Of a DNA stretch of 64,000 bases, positions 46,934 through 56,779 are shown piece after piece (position 1 is the stretch's first letter; each line of letters opens with the position of its first letter). Position numbers and translations under genes: made by a program. Origin of the DNA: Nitrospinaceae bacterium (GTDB lineage Bacteria; Nitrospinota; Nitrospinia; Nitrospinales; VA-1). The notes beneath the pieces were generated by a model, which made no database searches, had not been told where the DNA came from, and was given only the letters and a program-made list of their open reading frames with translations. The stretch is taken from the NCBI GenBank assembly GCA_046754465.1, contig JBHHVU010000006.1, forward strand, positions 1-64,000. Reading direction: 5' to 3'.

Positions 46934-48526
46934 TTAAGTCGGCGCCCCTTTTTCCCGCATCCATTTCCGGATGATGCCGGCGGTAAACTTAGGATCGTTG
47001 TTGGCAAATTCCGTAACCGCTTTACGAATTTCCGCCGACTCGGCTCCCGCCTCCTGAAGACGTTTTTTCTCTTCCTGGATCTCGTCCCTTTCCGAGGATG
47101 TCAACTGGGCCTGGGTGTCTGGCACCACCTCCATGGAGGTGGTCATCCAGTTGATGATGGGGCGAATGACGCGGGTGAAGAAAAGGAGAATGAACAGAGC
47201 GCCCAGGATATATTTGGCGATCTGAAAGGCCAGATCCATGGTCTCAGCCTTGGCGATCCGCTCTTGTTGATCCTTGACGAATGTCCGGTCGAACTGAATA
47301 TTTTCCACCTTGACCTGGTCGCCCCGTTTTTCATTGTAGCCCACCGTGGATTTCACGATCTGCAGATATTTGGCCATTTCCTCTTCGGACCGAGGCTGGT
47401 ACTTGGGCGGATCCCCCGCGGTGGTTCCATCGATGAGCACGGCCACGGAAAGATTTTTGAGCGTGCCGACAGGCTTGACCACTTGCCGGACGATCTTGTT
47501 GATTTCGTAATTGAACGTTTGGTTTTCCTTGTCCCTTTTCGCCGGCTGCCCCGCGCCCGCCGCCTTACCCTGTTCCCCGGGAACGAGACTTTGAACTCCG
47601 GCGACGCCTCCCGGAGGCAGGGCCCCCAGGGTCGATTCGGTCACGAATTGTTCACTGCGGACCACCTGGGAGTCCGGATCGAAAATCTCCTCGGTCTGTT
47701 CCTGTTTTTCAAAATCAAGATCGGCGTTGACCCGCGCGATGACCTTGCCTTGTCCCAAGGCATCCTCCAGCATTTTGACGATATTGTCCTGCAGCTCTTT
47801 TTCGACCCGGATTTTGTGTTGAAAGTTGGTGGCAGTGAGAATGGCATCCGAGTTTCCCGTATTCCCGCCGGAGAGGATGTTTCCCTGCAGATCAACGACC
47901 ACCACGTCCCGGGCCTCGATCCCCTCGACACTGGCGGAAACGAGATGGACGATTCCCTGGGCCTGGGATTTGCTCAGGGTTTTTCCCGGCTTGATTTTGA
48001 CGGTGATCGAGGCCTTGCCCCGCGGCTTATCCTTGAGGAAAAGGGTCTCCTTGGGGATGACCAGGTGAACCCGGGCCTGCTCCACCGCGTCGAGGGTTTT
48101 AATGGTGCGGGCCAGTTCTCCCTGAAGCGCCCTCTGGTAATTCAGTTTTTGAATGAACTCGGTCATCCCCAGGGGAGTGTCTTCAAAGATTTCCAGTCCG
48201 ACCTCCCCGCCCTCCGGCAAACCCTCGCTGGCGAGCTGGAGGCGGATCTCATGCAGTTTGCCAGCGGGAACCCGGATGGTTTGCCCACCTTCGGAAAGTT
48301 CGTAAGGGATTTTTTTTGATTTCAGTTGTTCGACGATTTTGGCGGCGTCCTGGGGAGGCAGTTTGGCGTAGAGCAATTGAAAATCCGGCTCCTGCAGCCA
48401 GAGGGACATGGCGAAAAGGGAACCGATGGCGGCGGCGGCCAGAACAAGAACCCCCACCTTCCTGGCCTGGGAAAGTTCTCCGAACCGGACGACAAGTTGT
48501 TTGATGAACGTGATGAATCGTTCCAT
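46934..48526 (-). CDS. fliF: Flagellar MS-ring protein FliF
   Basis: GMTEFIQKLNYQRALQGELARTI, ARVHLVIP, NYEINK, LSVAVLIDG, two TMs. Confidence 0.96.
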   Translation of the reverse strand: MERFITFIKQLVVRFGELSQARKVGVLVLAAAAIGSLFAMSLWLQEPDFQLLYAKLPPQDAAKIVEQLKSKKIPYELSEGGQTIRVPAGKLHEIRLQLASEGLPEGGEVGLEIFEDTPLGMTEFIQKLNYQRALQGELARTIKTLDAVEQARVHLVIPKETLFLKDKPRGKASITVKIKPGKTLSKSQAQGIVHLVSASVEGIEARDVVVVDLQGNILSGGNTGNSDAILTATNFQHKIRVEKELQDNIVKMLEDALGQGKVIARVNADLDFEKQEQTEEIFDPDSQVVRSEQFVTESTLGALPPGGVAGVQSLVPGEQGKAAGAGQPAKRDKENQTFNYEINKIVRQVVKPVGTLKNLSVAVLIDGTTAGDPPKYQPRSEEEMAKYLQIVKSTVGYNEKRGDQVKVENIQFDRTFVKDQQERIAKAETMDLAFQIAKYILGALFILLFFTRVIRPIINWMTTSMEVVPDTQAQLTSSERDEIQEEKKRLQEAGAESAEIRKAVTEFANNDPKFTAGIIRKWMREKGAPT

Positions 48527-48574
48527 GATTTTACGTGCCGTGACTCCTCATTCCATCGGGAAATTCAAGGGCGG

Positions 48575-49012
48575 TCATCTCCCCAATTCAATGGCCCGAA
48601 GCGCCATGGCCTTGGCCGCGTTCATGGCCGTGATGTTGGCTTCAAAGGACCGGGTGGTCGTCATCATGTCAACCATTTCACTCACCACGTTGATGTTGGG
48701 CATGGATACATACCCCTTCGCATCGGCGTCGGGATGGTTGGGGTTGTAGACCGACCTGGGTTTCGTTGGGTCCTGGACCACGTTGGTCACCAACGCCTGC
48801 ATCAGGTTTTCGCCGAATTCGCTTTTGAGAACGGAAGCAAAGTCGTTTTCCATTGGCAGGGCGCTCACCACCACATCCTTCCTCCGGTAAGGTCCGCCTT
48901 CAGGGGTTTGCGTCGTTTCCACATTGGCCAGGTTACTGGAGATGGTCTCCATGCGTTGACGCTGAACATTCAATCCCATGGCACTGAGCTTCATCGATGT
49001 CAAGAAATCCAT
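48575..49012 (-). CDS. flgC: Flagellar basal-body rod protein FlgC
   Basis: RMETISSNLANVET, PYRRK, YNPNHPDAD..GYVSMPNIN, RSFEAN. Confidence 0.96.
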   Translation of the reverse strand: MDFLTSMKLSAMGLNVQRQRMETISSNLANVETTQTPEGGPYRRKDVVVSALPMENDFASVLKSEFGENLMQALVTNVVQDPTKPRSVYNPNHPDADAKGYVSMPNINVVSEMVDMMTTTRSFEANITAMNAAKAMALRAIELGR

Positions 49013-49093
49013 AAAATCCCGCCTTCCAAAAAAGTTAAACGGATGAGAGTGACTCGGAGAAGGAAACTATACAAAGATTTCGCTTAATAATTA

Positions 49094-49109
49094 AGCAAAA
49101 TTCATACCA
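49094..49109 (-). promoter_or_regulatory. Sigma-54 -24/-12 promoter of the flgC-fliF operon
   Basis: Minus strand TGGTATGAATTTTGCT (GG-N10-GC). Confidence 0.75.
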
Positions 49110-49243
49110 AATCCCCGCGCGATTCCGGCGGATTGATGCTCTTTTTAAAAATTTTAAATTGCAATTAATCAACATCTTCTAAAAAGTCCTCCGGATGGGG
49201 TTGCCCGGCTTTCGGACAGGCCACAACCCCAGGGGCAAAAACT

Positions 49244-49257
49244 GTCATGAATTTGAC
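49244..49257. promoter_or_regulatory. FleQ-type enhancer palindrome
   Basis: GTCA-TGAATT-TGAC, about 135 bp upstream of the -24 element. Confidence 0.6.
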
Positions 49258-49291
49258 GATTCCGGTAAATTTGAGTGGGTAGAAGGTGCCA

Positions 49292-50677
49292 TCAATCGGT
49301 TTTCTGGTACTCATTGAGTTTGTTGCGAAGGGTGCGGATGCTGATGCCGAGGGACTCCGCGGCCCGGGTTTTATTCCCGTTCACCTCTTCAAGGGTCTGC
49401 ATGATCAATTCTTTTTCCATTTCATGGATGGTCCCGCGAAATTTTAACAGCGGTTTGGCATCGGAACCCATTTCCTGTTCCGAATCTTCTTCGATAAAGA
49501 GATGGGACGGCTGCAAGGTTTCGCTTTTGCAAAGGAGGACCGCCCGTTCGATGATGTTGGCCAGTTCCCGGACATTGCCGGGCCAATGGTATTTTTTCAG
49601 AAGGGCAAGGGTGCCCTCGTCGATCGATTGAATGGACTTGTGGTTTTCCCGGCAATGGACGCGAAGAAAATGTTCGGCCAACAGGGGGATATCCTCTTTC
49701 CTTTCTCTCACGGGCGGCAGCTTGATGGGGATGACGTTCAAGCGATAATACAGGTCTTCCCGGAACTGGTTTTCCTTGATGCGTTTTTTGATATCCCGAT
49801 TGGTGGTGGCGATCACGCGCACGTCGACGGGAATGGGTTCCTTGCCGCCCACCTTGTCGATTTCGTGTTCCTGAAGGACACGGAGAAGTTTGGCCTGTAA
49901 AGGGAAGCTCATTTCGGTGACTTCATCGAGCAGCAGGGTTCCCCGATGGGCGAGTTCGAATTTTCCTTCCTTGCGGAAGGTGGCCCCGGTGAACGCCCCC
50001 TTTTCATGACCGAACATTTCGGTTTCCAGGAGTCCCTCGGGCAGCGCCGCGCAATTGATGGGCATGAAAGGCTTGTCCGACCGGGGACTGCATTGATGGA
50101 TATACCGGGCGATCAGTTCCTTGCCGGTTCCGGTTTCGCCGATGATCAGAACCGTGGATTTGCTGTACGCGATATTTTCCACGAATTTCAGGAGTTTTTG
50201 CATTTCCCCGTTTTGCGTGATGAACTTCCGGACCCCTTCCGTTGGGGCGGCCGATGTTTCCGTGGGGGCCGGACTGGGGGAAGAAAACGAATCCTTCAGA
50301 AACGCCCGGTTGACGGTGGAAATCAGGATTTCCGCGGAAAACGGTTTGAGAAGATAATCGAACGCCCCCACTTTCATGGTTTCCACGGCGTTGTCAATAT
50401 CCCCATAGGCCGTCATCATGATGACGATGGTTTGCGGGGACCGGGTTTTTATGGCCCGCAGGAGTTCGACCCCATCCATCCGGGGCATTTTGACATCGGT
50501 CAGAACGAGGTCAAACCTCTCGGCTTCAAACCGGTCGAGGGCCTGCCGGCCGTCCGCCGCACACCAAGGCCGGTAACCCTCCCGTTTCAGAGTGGTCTCG
50601 AGGGCGACTCTCATTTCGCTTTCGTCATCGACGATCAGAATGTTTTTCTCGGAATTATTCTTCATCGAGTTCATCAT
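49292..50677 (-). CDS. fleR: Sigma-54-dependent response regulator, FleR/FlrC-like (REC-AAA-HTH_8)
   Basis: ILIVDDE, GETGTGKE, GHEKGAFTGA, WPGNVREL, GISIRTLRNKL; flagellar context. Confidence 0.82.
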   Translation of the reverse strand: MMNSMKNNSEKNILIVDDESEMRVALETTLKREGYRPWCAADGRQALDRFEAERFDLVLTDVKMPRMDGVELLRAIKTRSPQTIVIMMTAYGDIDNAVETMKVGAFDYLLKPFSAEILISTVNRAFLKDSFSSPSPAPTETSAAPTEGVRKFITQNGEMQKLLKFVENIAYSKSTVLIIGETGTGKELIARYIHQCSPRSDKPFMPINCAALPEGLLETEMFGHEKGAFTGATFRKEGKFELAHRGTLLLDEVTEMSFPLQAKLLRVLQEHEIDKVGGKEPIPVDVRVIATTNRDIKKRIKENQFREDLYYRLNVIPIKLPPVRERKEDIPLLAEHFLRVHCRENHKSIQSIDEGTLALLKKYHWPGNVRELANIIERAVLLCKSETLQPSHLFIEEDSEQEMGSDAKPLLKFRGTIHEMEKELIMQTLEEVNGNKTRAAESLGISIRTLRNKLNEYQKTD

Positions 50678-51926
50678 CCCAGCACGGTAATTTAACGATA
50701 AAGGATGTCTGTTTGCCTTCCTCGCTCTCCGCGTCGATGGTTCCCTGATGTGCCTTGATGATATTGTGTGAAATGGACAGGCCCAGGCCTGTTCCCTTGT
50801 CCTTGGTGGAGAAGAAGGGATTGAAGATTTTCATGAGGTGCCCGGGAGCGATGCCCCCGCCGGTGTCCGTCACGATGATGGTGATGAACTGCGGCCGGTC
50901 CGGGTCCGGCCCGGAGGGGTGGGTGGAGACAGTCACTTTTTCCGTGGCCAATCGCAGGACTCCCCCCTCGGGCATGGCCTGAATGCCGTTGCGGATGAGG
51001 TTGATGAATACCTGCCGCAACAGTTCGCTGTCTCCTTTCACCAGCATCTCCCCCTTCCCGAATCGGCGGTCGATTTTTATGTTGCCGGGAACCACGATAT
51101 CCGGAGACCCATCGAGCAGGCTGGAAAGGAGTTCGTTGGTATCGCATTTCTGACGCGAGGGGCGGGGGGATTTCGCGAACAGCAGCAGGGTGGAGATGAT
51201 CCGGTCCATGTTTTTGACTCCGGAACAGATGTGTTCGACCAGGTGGCTTTTCTCTTCATCTTGTTCCAGGTCTTTTTTCAACAGGGAGGCGAAGAGTTCG
51301 ATGCTGCCGAGGGGGTTTCGGATTTCGTGGGCGATTCCCGCTGCCATTTCTCCCATCGCCCGCAACCGCTGGTTGCGTTGCGCCTCCACTTCCAACTGCC
51401 GGACGTGGGTCATGTCCTGAACGATTAAAACGGTTCCGATCTGGTTCTCGTCATGGTCGCGGACGGGCGAAGCGGAGATCCGCAAATGAATTTTACGGCC
51501 GGTTCGGGAAGTGATTTCCCGGTCTCGGCTCATGGGTTGCCCCCCGTTTTTGGCCAGCCGGGCCACCAGGTTCTCGAACAAATCGTGCGGGAACACCTCC
51601 TCCAGCTGTTTGCCCAGACAAGAGTCGGGGTGGGATTCGGTGATGGTGCCCGCGGTTTTGTTGAAGGTCGTGATTTTGCCTTTTTGGTCGACGACGATGA
51701 CCCCCGTGGTCAGGCTTTCCAGAATATTGTTGAGATAATTTTTGACTTCCTCTTTTTCCTTGAGATTTTTTTCCAGTTCCAGGTTCTTTTTCGCCAGTTC
51801 GAGACGAAGCTTGTCGTAGGAGCCCTGGAGCTGCTGGGTCGCTTCATTGAAGGCCTTGAAGGCCTGGCTTAGAAGTTCGATTTCCTTTTGGGTTTTTTTT
51901 CCCTGGTGGGGCTGGTTCATGAACAA
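50655..51926 (-). CDS. fleS: Cytoplasmic PAS histidine kinase, FleS/FlrB-like
   Basis: LSQAFKAFNEATQQL..SY coiled coil, PAS, GEMAAGIAHEIRNPLGSIELF, GTGLGL. No TM segment. Confidence 0.82.
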   Translation of the reverse strand: MFMNQPHQGKKTQKEIELLSQAFKAFNEATQQLQGSYDKLRLELAKKNLELEKNLKEKEEVKNYLNNILESLTTGVIVVDQKGKITTFNKTAGTITESHPDSCLGKQLEEVFPHDLFENLVARLAKNGGQPMSRDREITSRTGRKIHLRISASPVRDHDENQIGTVLIVQDMTHVRQLEVEAQRNQRLRAMGEMAAGIAHEIRNPLGSIELFASLLKKDLEQDEEKSHLVEHICSGVKNMDRIISTLLLFAKSPRPSRQKCDTNELLSSLLDGSPDIVVPGNIKIDRRFGKGEMLVKGDSELLRQVFINLIRNGIQAMPEGGVLRLATEKVTVSTHPSGPDPDRPQFITIIVTDTGGGIAPGHLMKIFNPFFSTKDKGTGLGLSISHNIIKAHQGTIDAESEEGKQTSFIVKLPCWDDELDEE

Positions 51927-51978
51927 ATCATGCCACGGGTGAGGGGTGGACCGAATTTCCTTTTTCCATTATAAAGGA

Positions 51979-54516
51979 TTAAAGGCGTTCTTTAAATTCT
52001 TTTTCCCAATTCAGCATCTTGAGCTTGGATGCGGCGGCTTCTTTTAATAGGGGGTCTGTTTCCTTGGATTGGATCAGGGCGTTGAGTTTGGAGGTGACTT
52101 GATTTTTTTTGTGCAATTTTTCATAACTTTGCGCAAGCAGAAAATCCGCCCAGTCCTTGAGGTGATGTTTTGGAAAGAGTTGTACTGCAGATTCCAGGGC
52201 CTTGACGGCCTGGGTATATTCCCCGTCCTGGTAAAGAGCCGTGCCCAGTTGGTAATAGGCTTTACCCAGGTAATCGGGAACGATTCGGGTGGTGCGTTTG
52301 TAAGCCGCGATGGCCTTTTGGTATTCACCGATGGCGCTCGGCAGATCGTTGAGCCCGTTATAGGTCTCTCCCATCCGGTAATGGATTTCCGAGGCGAGTT
52401 CCCTGTTTTGGGATAAGAGTTTCCCGTAAACCTCCAAGGCTTTTTTGTGGCGGGATTGGCCGGTATAGGCCGCGGCCAAAAGTTTGCGGGCAGCCAGGGC
52501 TTCCTTGCTCCGCGGATAGTTCTTCAAGAAGGAGCGGGCGACCAGTTCCGCTTCCCTGTAGTTCTTCTCTTCCAGATGGATGTTGCCCAGGTTGAGAAAA
52601 ATCCGGTCCTTGAAAAGTCCCTTGGTGTCACGTTTTTTTACTTGTTCGTAAAATTTCAGCGCCTCCGGGAACATGCCGATCGCCTGATACGCCTCGCCGA
52701 TCTGAAACAGGGTTTTTATATTGCTGACATTGCCCAGGGACAGACTGATGAAATCATTGTACGAATAGAGAATCGGCAAAACCCCTCCCTGTTTGGCATA
52801 CTGGTCGACGAGGAAGACGAGCGATTGTTTGATATAGTTTCTGGATGGATTGTAAAATCGCGATTCCTTTCCCAGCGGCAGCAGTTTCTTCAACATATCG
52901 ATCGCCTTCAAATAATTCTGTTCCTTCATGAAGGCGATGCCGCGGCTCAGGGTCACCTCCGCCAAGATTTCCATGTCCCCGGCTTCCTTGAAAATCTGGT
53001 TATAGGTTTTATACGGCTGGAAGTAGGGGGTGGAATTGTAGATGATGTCCCGGACTTTTAGCCGGGGATTGATAATGCCGATGTCCGCCATCCGGATTTG
53101 GGCGTATTGCGCTTCGGGGCCGCCAGATTGTTTCTTGGCCGATTCGTCAAAAACGGCAAGGGCATTGAGGTAATTTCCTTCCAGGAGATAGGAATCGCCG
53201 ATCATATTGAGCGCCTGGTGGCTTTTCGGGAAATCTGGCGCCAGGTTGAGGAGATTGAAAAAAAATTTCCGGGCCAGGGTATATTTTTTCTCACGGTAAT
53301 AGATATCCCCCATATTGAAGTGGATGTCGGGATGGTCGTTGAGTTCGCTGGGCCATCGGCGGGCTCCGTCCTCGTAAATTTCAATCGACCGCTGAAAGTC
53401 CTTGGCTTCATAAAAATGACGGGCGATTTCAAAGATAGCATCCCGGGCTTCAATATTTTTCGGCGCATTTTCCAGGAGTTTCTGGAAGGCGCCGTAAGCT
53501 TCTGCATATTTTCCGTCCTTGAGGAGCATTCCGGCCAGGCTGGTCTTCCGGGTAGGGGTGTATTGACTCTTCGGGTCCTTTTTCAAGGCTTCCTCATAGA
53601 TCGTCTTGGCTTCCAGAATGTAACCCATTTCGTTATAAATGAAAGCGATCTTGTCCACGGCGTGGCTGGAGAACCGGGAATCCGGGTATTGTCTCAGGGC
53701 GTATTTGTAGGCCAACAGGGCGTCCTCATAAATGGGATTGGGTTCCCGGTAAGCTATCTGGAATTTTGCCTCCGCTTCCAGATAAAGGATGTGGGCGCGG
53801 TATTTGCTCTTGGGATAGTCGGCCAGGAATTGATCGAATAACTGCACCGCTTCGGGATAATCCTTTTCCTGATAGGTCTGGAGCGCTTTTTGATACGCCT
53901 CCCAACCGTTATTGAGTTTCTCTTCGTAGTTCTTCCGATTCACTTGCCGGATCTTCTGGGGGGTCATCCCGGTGATGCGCGCTTTCCGCCCCGGTTTGCC
54001 CTTTTCCTTCTGTTGCGAAAAAAGACCGTTCTGGGGGGACTCACCCGGTTTTTTTCCGACCCGGGTGCGGAGGATCGGTTTGGTTTCGCCCTTGAAATCG
54101 ACCACGATTCGCGATCCGCCGGGGTCGAGAAAATGGAAAAACCGGGTGTTGCTTTGGCGCAAATGAAACGTGATTTCCAGGGACCGCCGGAGGGGCCGAA
54201 TGCTGATTTTTTTCAGATTCCGGTCCCGCATCGTCCGGGATCGAACCTGCGGACCTAACCGGGCCCCTTCCAGCGTCAGGGTAATTTTTTTCAGCAGGAA
54301 ATTGGCCTCGACCCGGTAACCCGTAGGGCGATCGAGGTCAATGAGGATGCGGGTAAATTCTGGGTGGGGTCCGATCCGTACTTTTTCGACGCGGGCGGGG
54401 GGTTCCCCCCCACCCCCGGGAAGACCCTGCGAAATCGCAAAAGTGCTCCCCCAATCCATTGCCAGGAAGAGCAGTAAATTCGCCAGGATGAAAAAAAAAT
54501 GTTTCTTTCGGGGCAT
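51979..54516 (-). CDS. Exported AMIN-like plus multi-TPR protein (flagellar-associated, PflA-like architecture)
   Basis: Signal/TM segment, VRIGPHPEFTRILIDL (AMIN-like) and many TPRs. First gene of the TPR-fleS-fleR unit. Start placed at ATG 54516. Confidence 0.8.
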   Translation of the reverse strand: MPRKKHFFFILANLLLFLAMDWGSTFAISQGLPGGGGEPPARVEKVRIGPHPEFTRILIDLDRPTGYRVEANFLLKKITLTLEGARLGPQVRSRTMRDRNLKKISIRPLRRSLEITFHLRQSNTRFFHFLDPGGSRIVVDFKGETKPILRTRVGKKPGESPQNGLFSQQKEKGKPGRKARITGMTPQKIRQVNRKNYEEKLNNGWEAYQKALQTYQEKDYPEAVQLFDQFLADYPKSKYRAHILYLEAEAKFQIAYREPNPIYEDALLAYKYALRQYPDSRFSSHAVDKIAFIYNEMGYILEAKTIYEEALKKDPKSQYTPTRKTSLAGMLLKDGKYAEAYGAFQKLLENAPKNIEARDAIFEIARHFYEAKDFQRSIEIYEDGARRWPSELNDHPDIHFNMGDIYYREKKYTLARKFFFNLLNLAPDFPKSHQALNMIGDSYLLEGNYLNALAVFDESAKKQSGGPEAQYAQIRMADIGIINPRLKVRDIIYNSTPYFQPYKTYNQIFKEAGDMEILAEVTLSRGIAFMKEQNYLKAIDMLKKLLPLGKESRFYNPSRNYIKQSLVFLVDQYAKQGGVLPILYSYNDFISLSLGNVSNIKTLFQIGEAYQAIGMFPEALKFYEQVKKRDTKGLFKDRIFLNLGNIHLEEKNYREAELVARSFLKNYPRSKEALAARKLLAAAYTGQSRHKKALEVYGKLLSQNRELASEIHYRMGETYNGLNDLPSAIGEYQKAIAAYKRTTRIVPDYLGKAYYQLGTALYQDGEYTQAVKALESAVQLFPKHHLKDWADFLLAQSYEKLHKKNQVTSKLNALIQSKETDPLLKEAAASKLKMLNWEKEFKERL

Positions 54517-54557
54517 GGTTCGGCAGGACCTCGGATCCAACAGTATTTATTAATTAA

Positions 54558-54573
54558 AGCAAATTCCATACCA
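54558..54573 (-). promoter_or_regulatory. Sigma-54 -24/-12 promoter of the TPR-fleS-fleR unit
   Basis: Minus strand TGGTATGGAATTTGCT, nearly identical to the flgC promoter. Confidence 0.75.
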
Positions 54574-54732
54574 GGATGCTACAGGTCTTTTGTTCTTCAA
54601 ACCCAGGGGACGGAGGGGCCCGGCGGATATCCCGACTTGCCAAGATCATTGATTTATTTGATAATATATAGACGACCCCGGAAAACTCCGCCCCGATGGG
54701 GCCGTGCGGAGCCTGGGAATCGATCCCGCGGT

Positions 54733-54746
54733 GTCATAATTTTGAC
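54733..54746. promoter_or_regulatory. FleQ-type enhancer palindrome
   Basis: GTCA-TAATTT-TGAC, about 160 bp upstream of the -24 element and about 76 bp upstream of the divergent GGDEF gene. Confidence 0.6.
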
Positions 54747-54822
54747 AAAATTTCAGCGGCGGCTCGCTTTTTGGATTCTCCTCTGAAAGACCAAAAACAC
54801 CTTTCCCTGGGATGATGCTCCC

Positions 54823-55929
54823 ATGATGGATAAAACCCGGTTTGAAAAATTAAGAACTCAGGAACTGCTTGTGGTCCGGAGTTTGCTGAAAAAGCAAAAT
54901 GAAATCCTGGGCCAGTCGCTCCTGAACCTGGACCGCCTCATCTACATGCAAAAAAGCATCAGTTTGATGAGTTCCCGGGAAATTCATAAGGTCTTGACCG
55001 AAAAATTGCCCTACACCCTCTCCATCCGGTATTTTTCTTTGTTCCTTTATGACAAAAGCAAAAGAACCCTGCGGCTGGCCGCCCACAATCATCCCGACCT
55101 TAAGGAGGGTCTCACATTCCGGCGGGTTGAATCGGTCATCATGGACGATGCCATCAGTTTGGGCAAATACATTCTGGAACAGAAGTTCACCGATTCCAAA
55201 TATTTCAAGGGCAACAGGAATCCTTTATACCAATTCGATTTCTTTGTCAGCATTCCTTTGATGATCGAAAATGAAATCATAGGGGTCCTGAACTTGAATG
55301 ATAATGACAAGGGCTTCATCAATGTCATCGACTTGGATTTCATCCTCAACGTCTCCGAATTTATTTCCCTTTCCATCAGCAACGCCCAATCCTTCGAAAA
55401 AGCCGAACGGTTGTCGGTGACCGACGGGCTCACGGGTTTGACCAATCGCCAGCAGATGCAGGCTCTTCTCGAAAACGAGGTTCTGAGATGCAAACGATAT
55501 GGCTCTTCCCTGTCTCTGGTTATGATCGATGTGGATCATTTCAAGGAAATTAACGATACCCACGGCCATCAGGAAGGGGACGAGGTGTTGGTGAAAGTTG
55601 CTTCGATCGTTAAAAAGTTCTGCCGGTCCCACGATGTGGCCGCCCGGTACGGGGGAGAAGAGTTTGTGCTGGTTCTGCCGGAGACCCATCTGGCCGGGGC
55701 GCGGGTGATGGCGGAACGGATTCGCCAACAGGTGGCGGGCCAGACCTTTGAACACGCGGGCGGAACGTTTCAGGTCACCCTCAGTTGCGGCATCGCGGAA
55801 TTCGACGGCAATCTTACCCGGGATCAGTCCGACTTGATACGCGTCGCGGACCAGGCCCTGTACCGAGCTAAGGAAGGCGGCAGGAACCGGACCGTGGAAG
55901 GGAGGCCGGATGATTTCCCCCAAGATTGA
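54823..55929 (+). CDS. GAF-GGDEF diguanylate cyclase
   Basis: TDGLTGLTNR, DVDHFKEINDTHGHQEGD, and I-site RSHD five residues before GGEEF. Confidence 0.93.
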   Translation: MMDKTRFEKLRTQELLVVRSLLKKQNEILGQSLLNLDRLIYMQKSISLMSSREIHKVLTEKLPYTLSIRYFSLFLYDKSKRTLRLAAHNHPDLKEGLTFRRVESVIMDDAISLGKYILEQKFTDSKYFKGNRNPLYQFDFFVSIPLMIENEIIGVLNLNDNDKGFINVIDLDFILNVSEFISLSISNAQSFEKAERLSVTDGLTGLTNRQQMQALLENEVLRCKRYGSSLSLVMIDVDHFKEINDTHGHQEGDEVLVKVASIVKKFCRSHDVAARYGGEEFVLVLPETHLAGARVMAERIRQQVAGQTFEHAGGTFQVTLSCGIAEFDGNLTRDQSDLIRVADQALYRAKEGGRNRTVEGRPDDFPQD

Positions 55930-56761
55930 AGCATTCCGGCAACTGGAGGGGCTGCCCTCTCCCCCCGGACAAATCCTCATGGTCCTGGAAGCGATCGGAC
56001 GCAATTCGGCCCTGGATTACAATATCGTTCAGATGATTCAGTACGACCCGGGCATCGCCTTGCGGGTGCTCAAGGCCGCGAATACGCCGCTCTACGGGTT
56101 CCCCGCGCGGATCGCTTCGCTACAACAGGCGGCGGGACTGCTCGGGCCGGGCGCTATCCGGAATATCGTGATGACCACACCCGTCCTGGAACGGTTTCAG
56201 AATAACGGCGCCGCCGATCTGGTCATCGACTTTTCCAGGCTCTGGCAGCATTCGACGGTGACCGGGGCGCTGGCCGGATGCCTGGGAAACCACGTCGAGG
56301 GCATGGAAACGGACGTCTGCTTCACCGCCGGACTGATTCACGCGGCGGGGAAAATCGCCCTGGCGGTCTACCATCCCCGGACGCTTGCGAAAATGATTCA
56401 ACAGGCGGCCCGCAAAAAGGTTCCTCTCACGCAAGTGGAACAGGAAACCCTGGGATACTCCCATGCCGACGTTGCCGCCGAGATGACCCGGGCCTGGGGA
56501 TTCCCTCAATCGTTGGTCCATGCGCTTGGGTGTTGTTTCCCCACTCCCCGGCAGGTGCCTGGGGACCGGCTCGCCGGGGTGATTGGCCTAGCCCGGTTCC
56601 TGGCGGATCAATGGGGGTTTGGCGATGGAATGGAGGCGGCTCCTCCGGATTCCGCCGAGGGATTTTTCCCGTTATTGAATATCACCGGCAAGGACCTGGA
56701 GGCCTGGACCCCTGAGTTGCGGGAATACGCTTCCCACGCGGCCAGCGAGCAAGAAGGGTGA
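55910..56761 (+). CDS. HDOD domain protein
   Basis: LPSPP, DPGIALRVLKAANTP.YG, LWQHS, FTAGLIHAAGK, E...LGYSHA, WGFP. Confidence 0.9.
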   Translation: MISPKIEAFRQLEGLPSPPGQILMVLEAIGRNSALDYNIVQMIQYDPGIALRVLKAANTPLYGFPARIASLQQAAGLLGPGAIRNIVMTTPVLERFQNNGAADLVIDFSRLWQHSTVTGALAGCLGNHVEGMETDVCFTAGLIHAAGKIALAVYHPRTLAKMIQQAARKKVPLTQVEQETLGYSHADVAAEMTRAWGFPQSLVHALGCCFPTPRQVPGDRLAGVIGLARFLADQWGFGDGMEAAPPDSAEGFFPLLNITGKDLEAWTPELREYASHAASEQEG

Positions 56762-56779
56762 CGCAACGCCTCGGTGACT

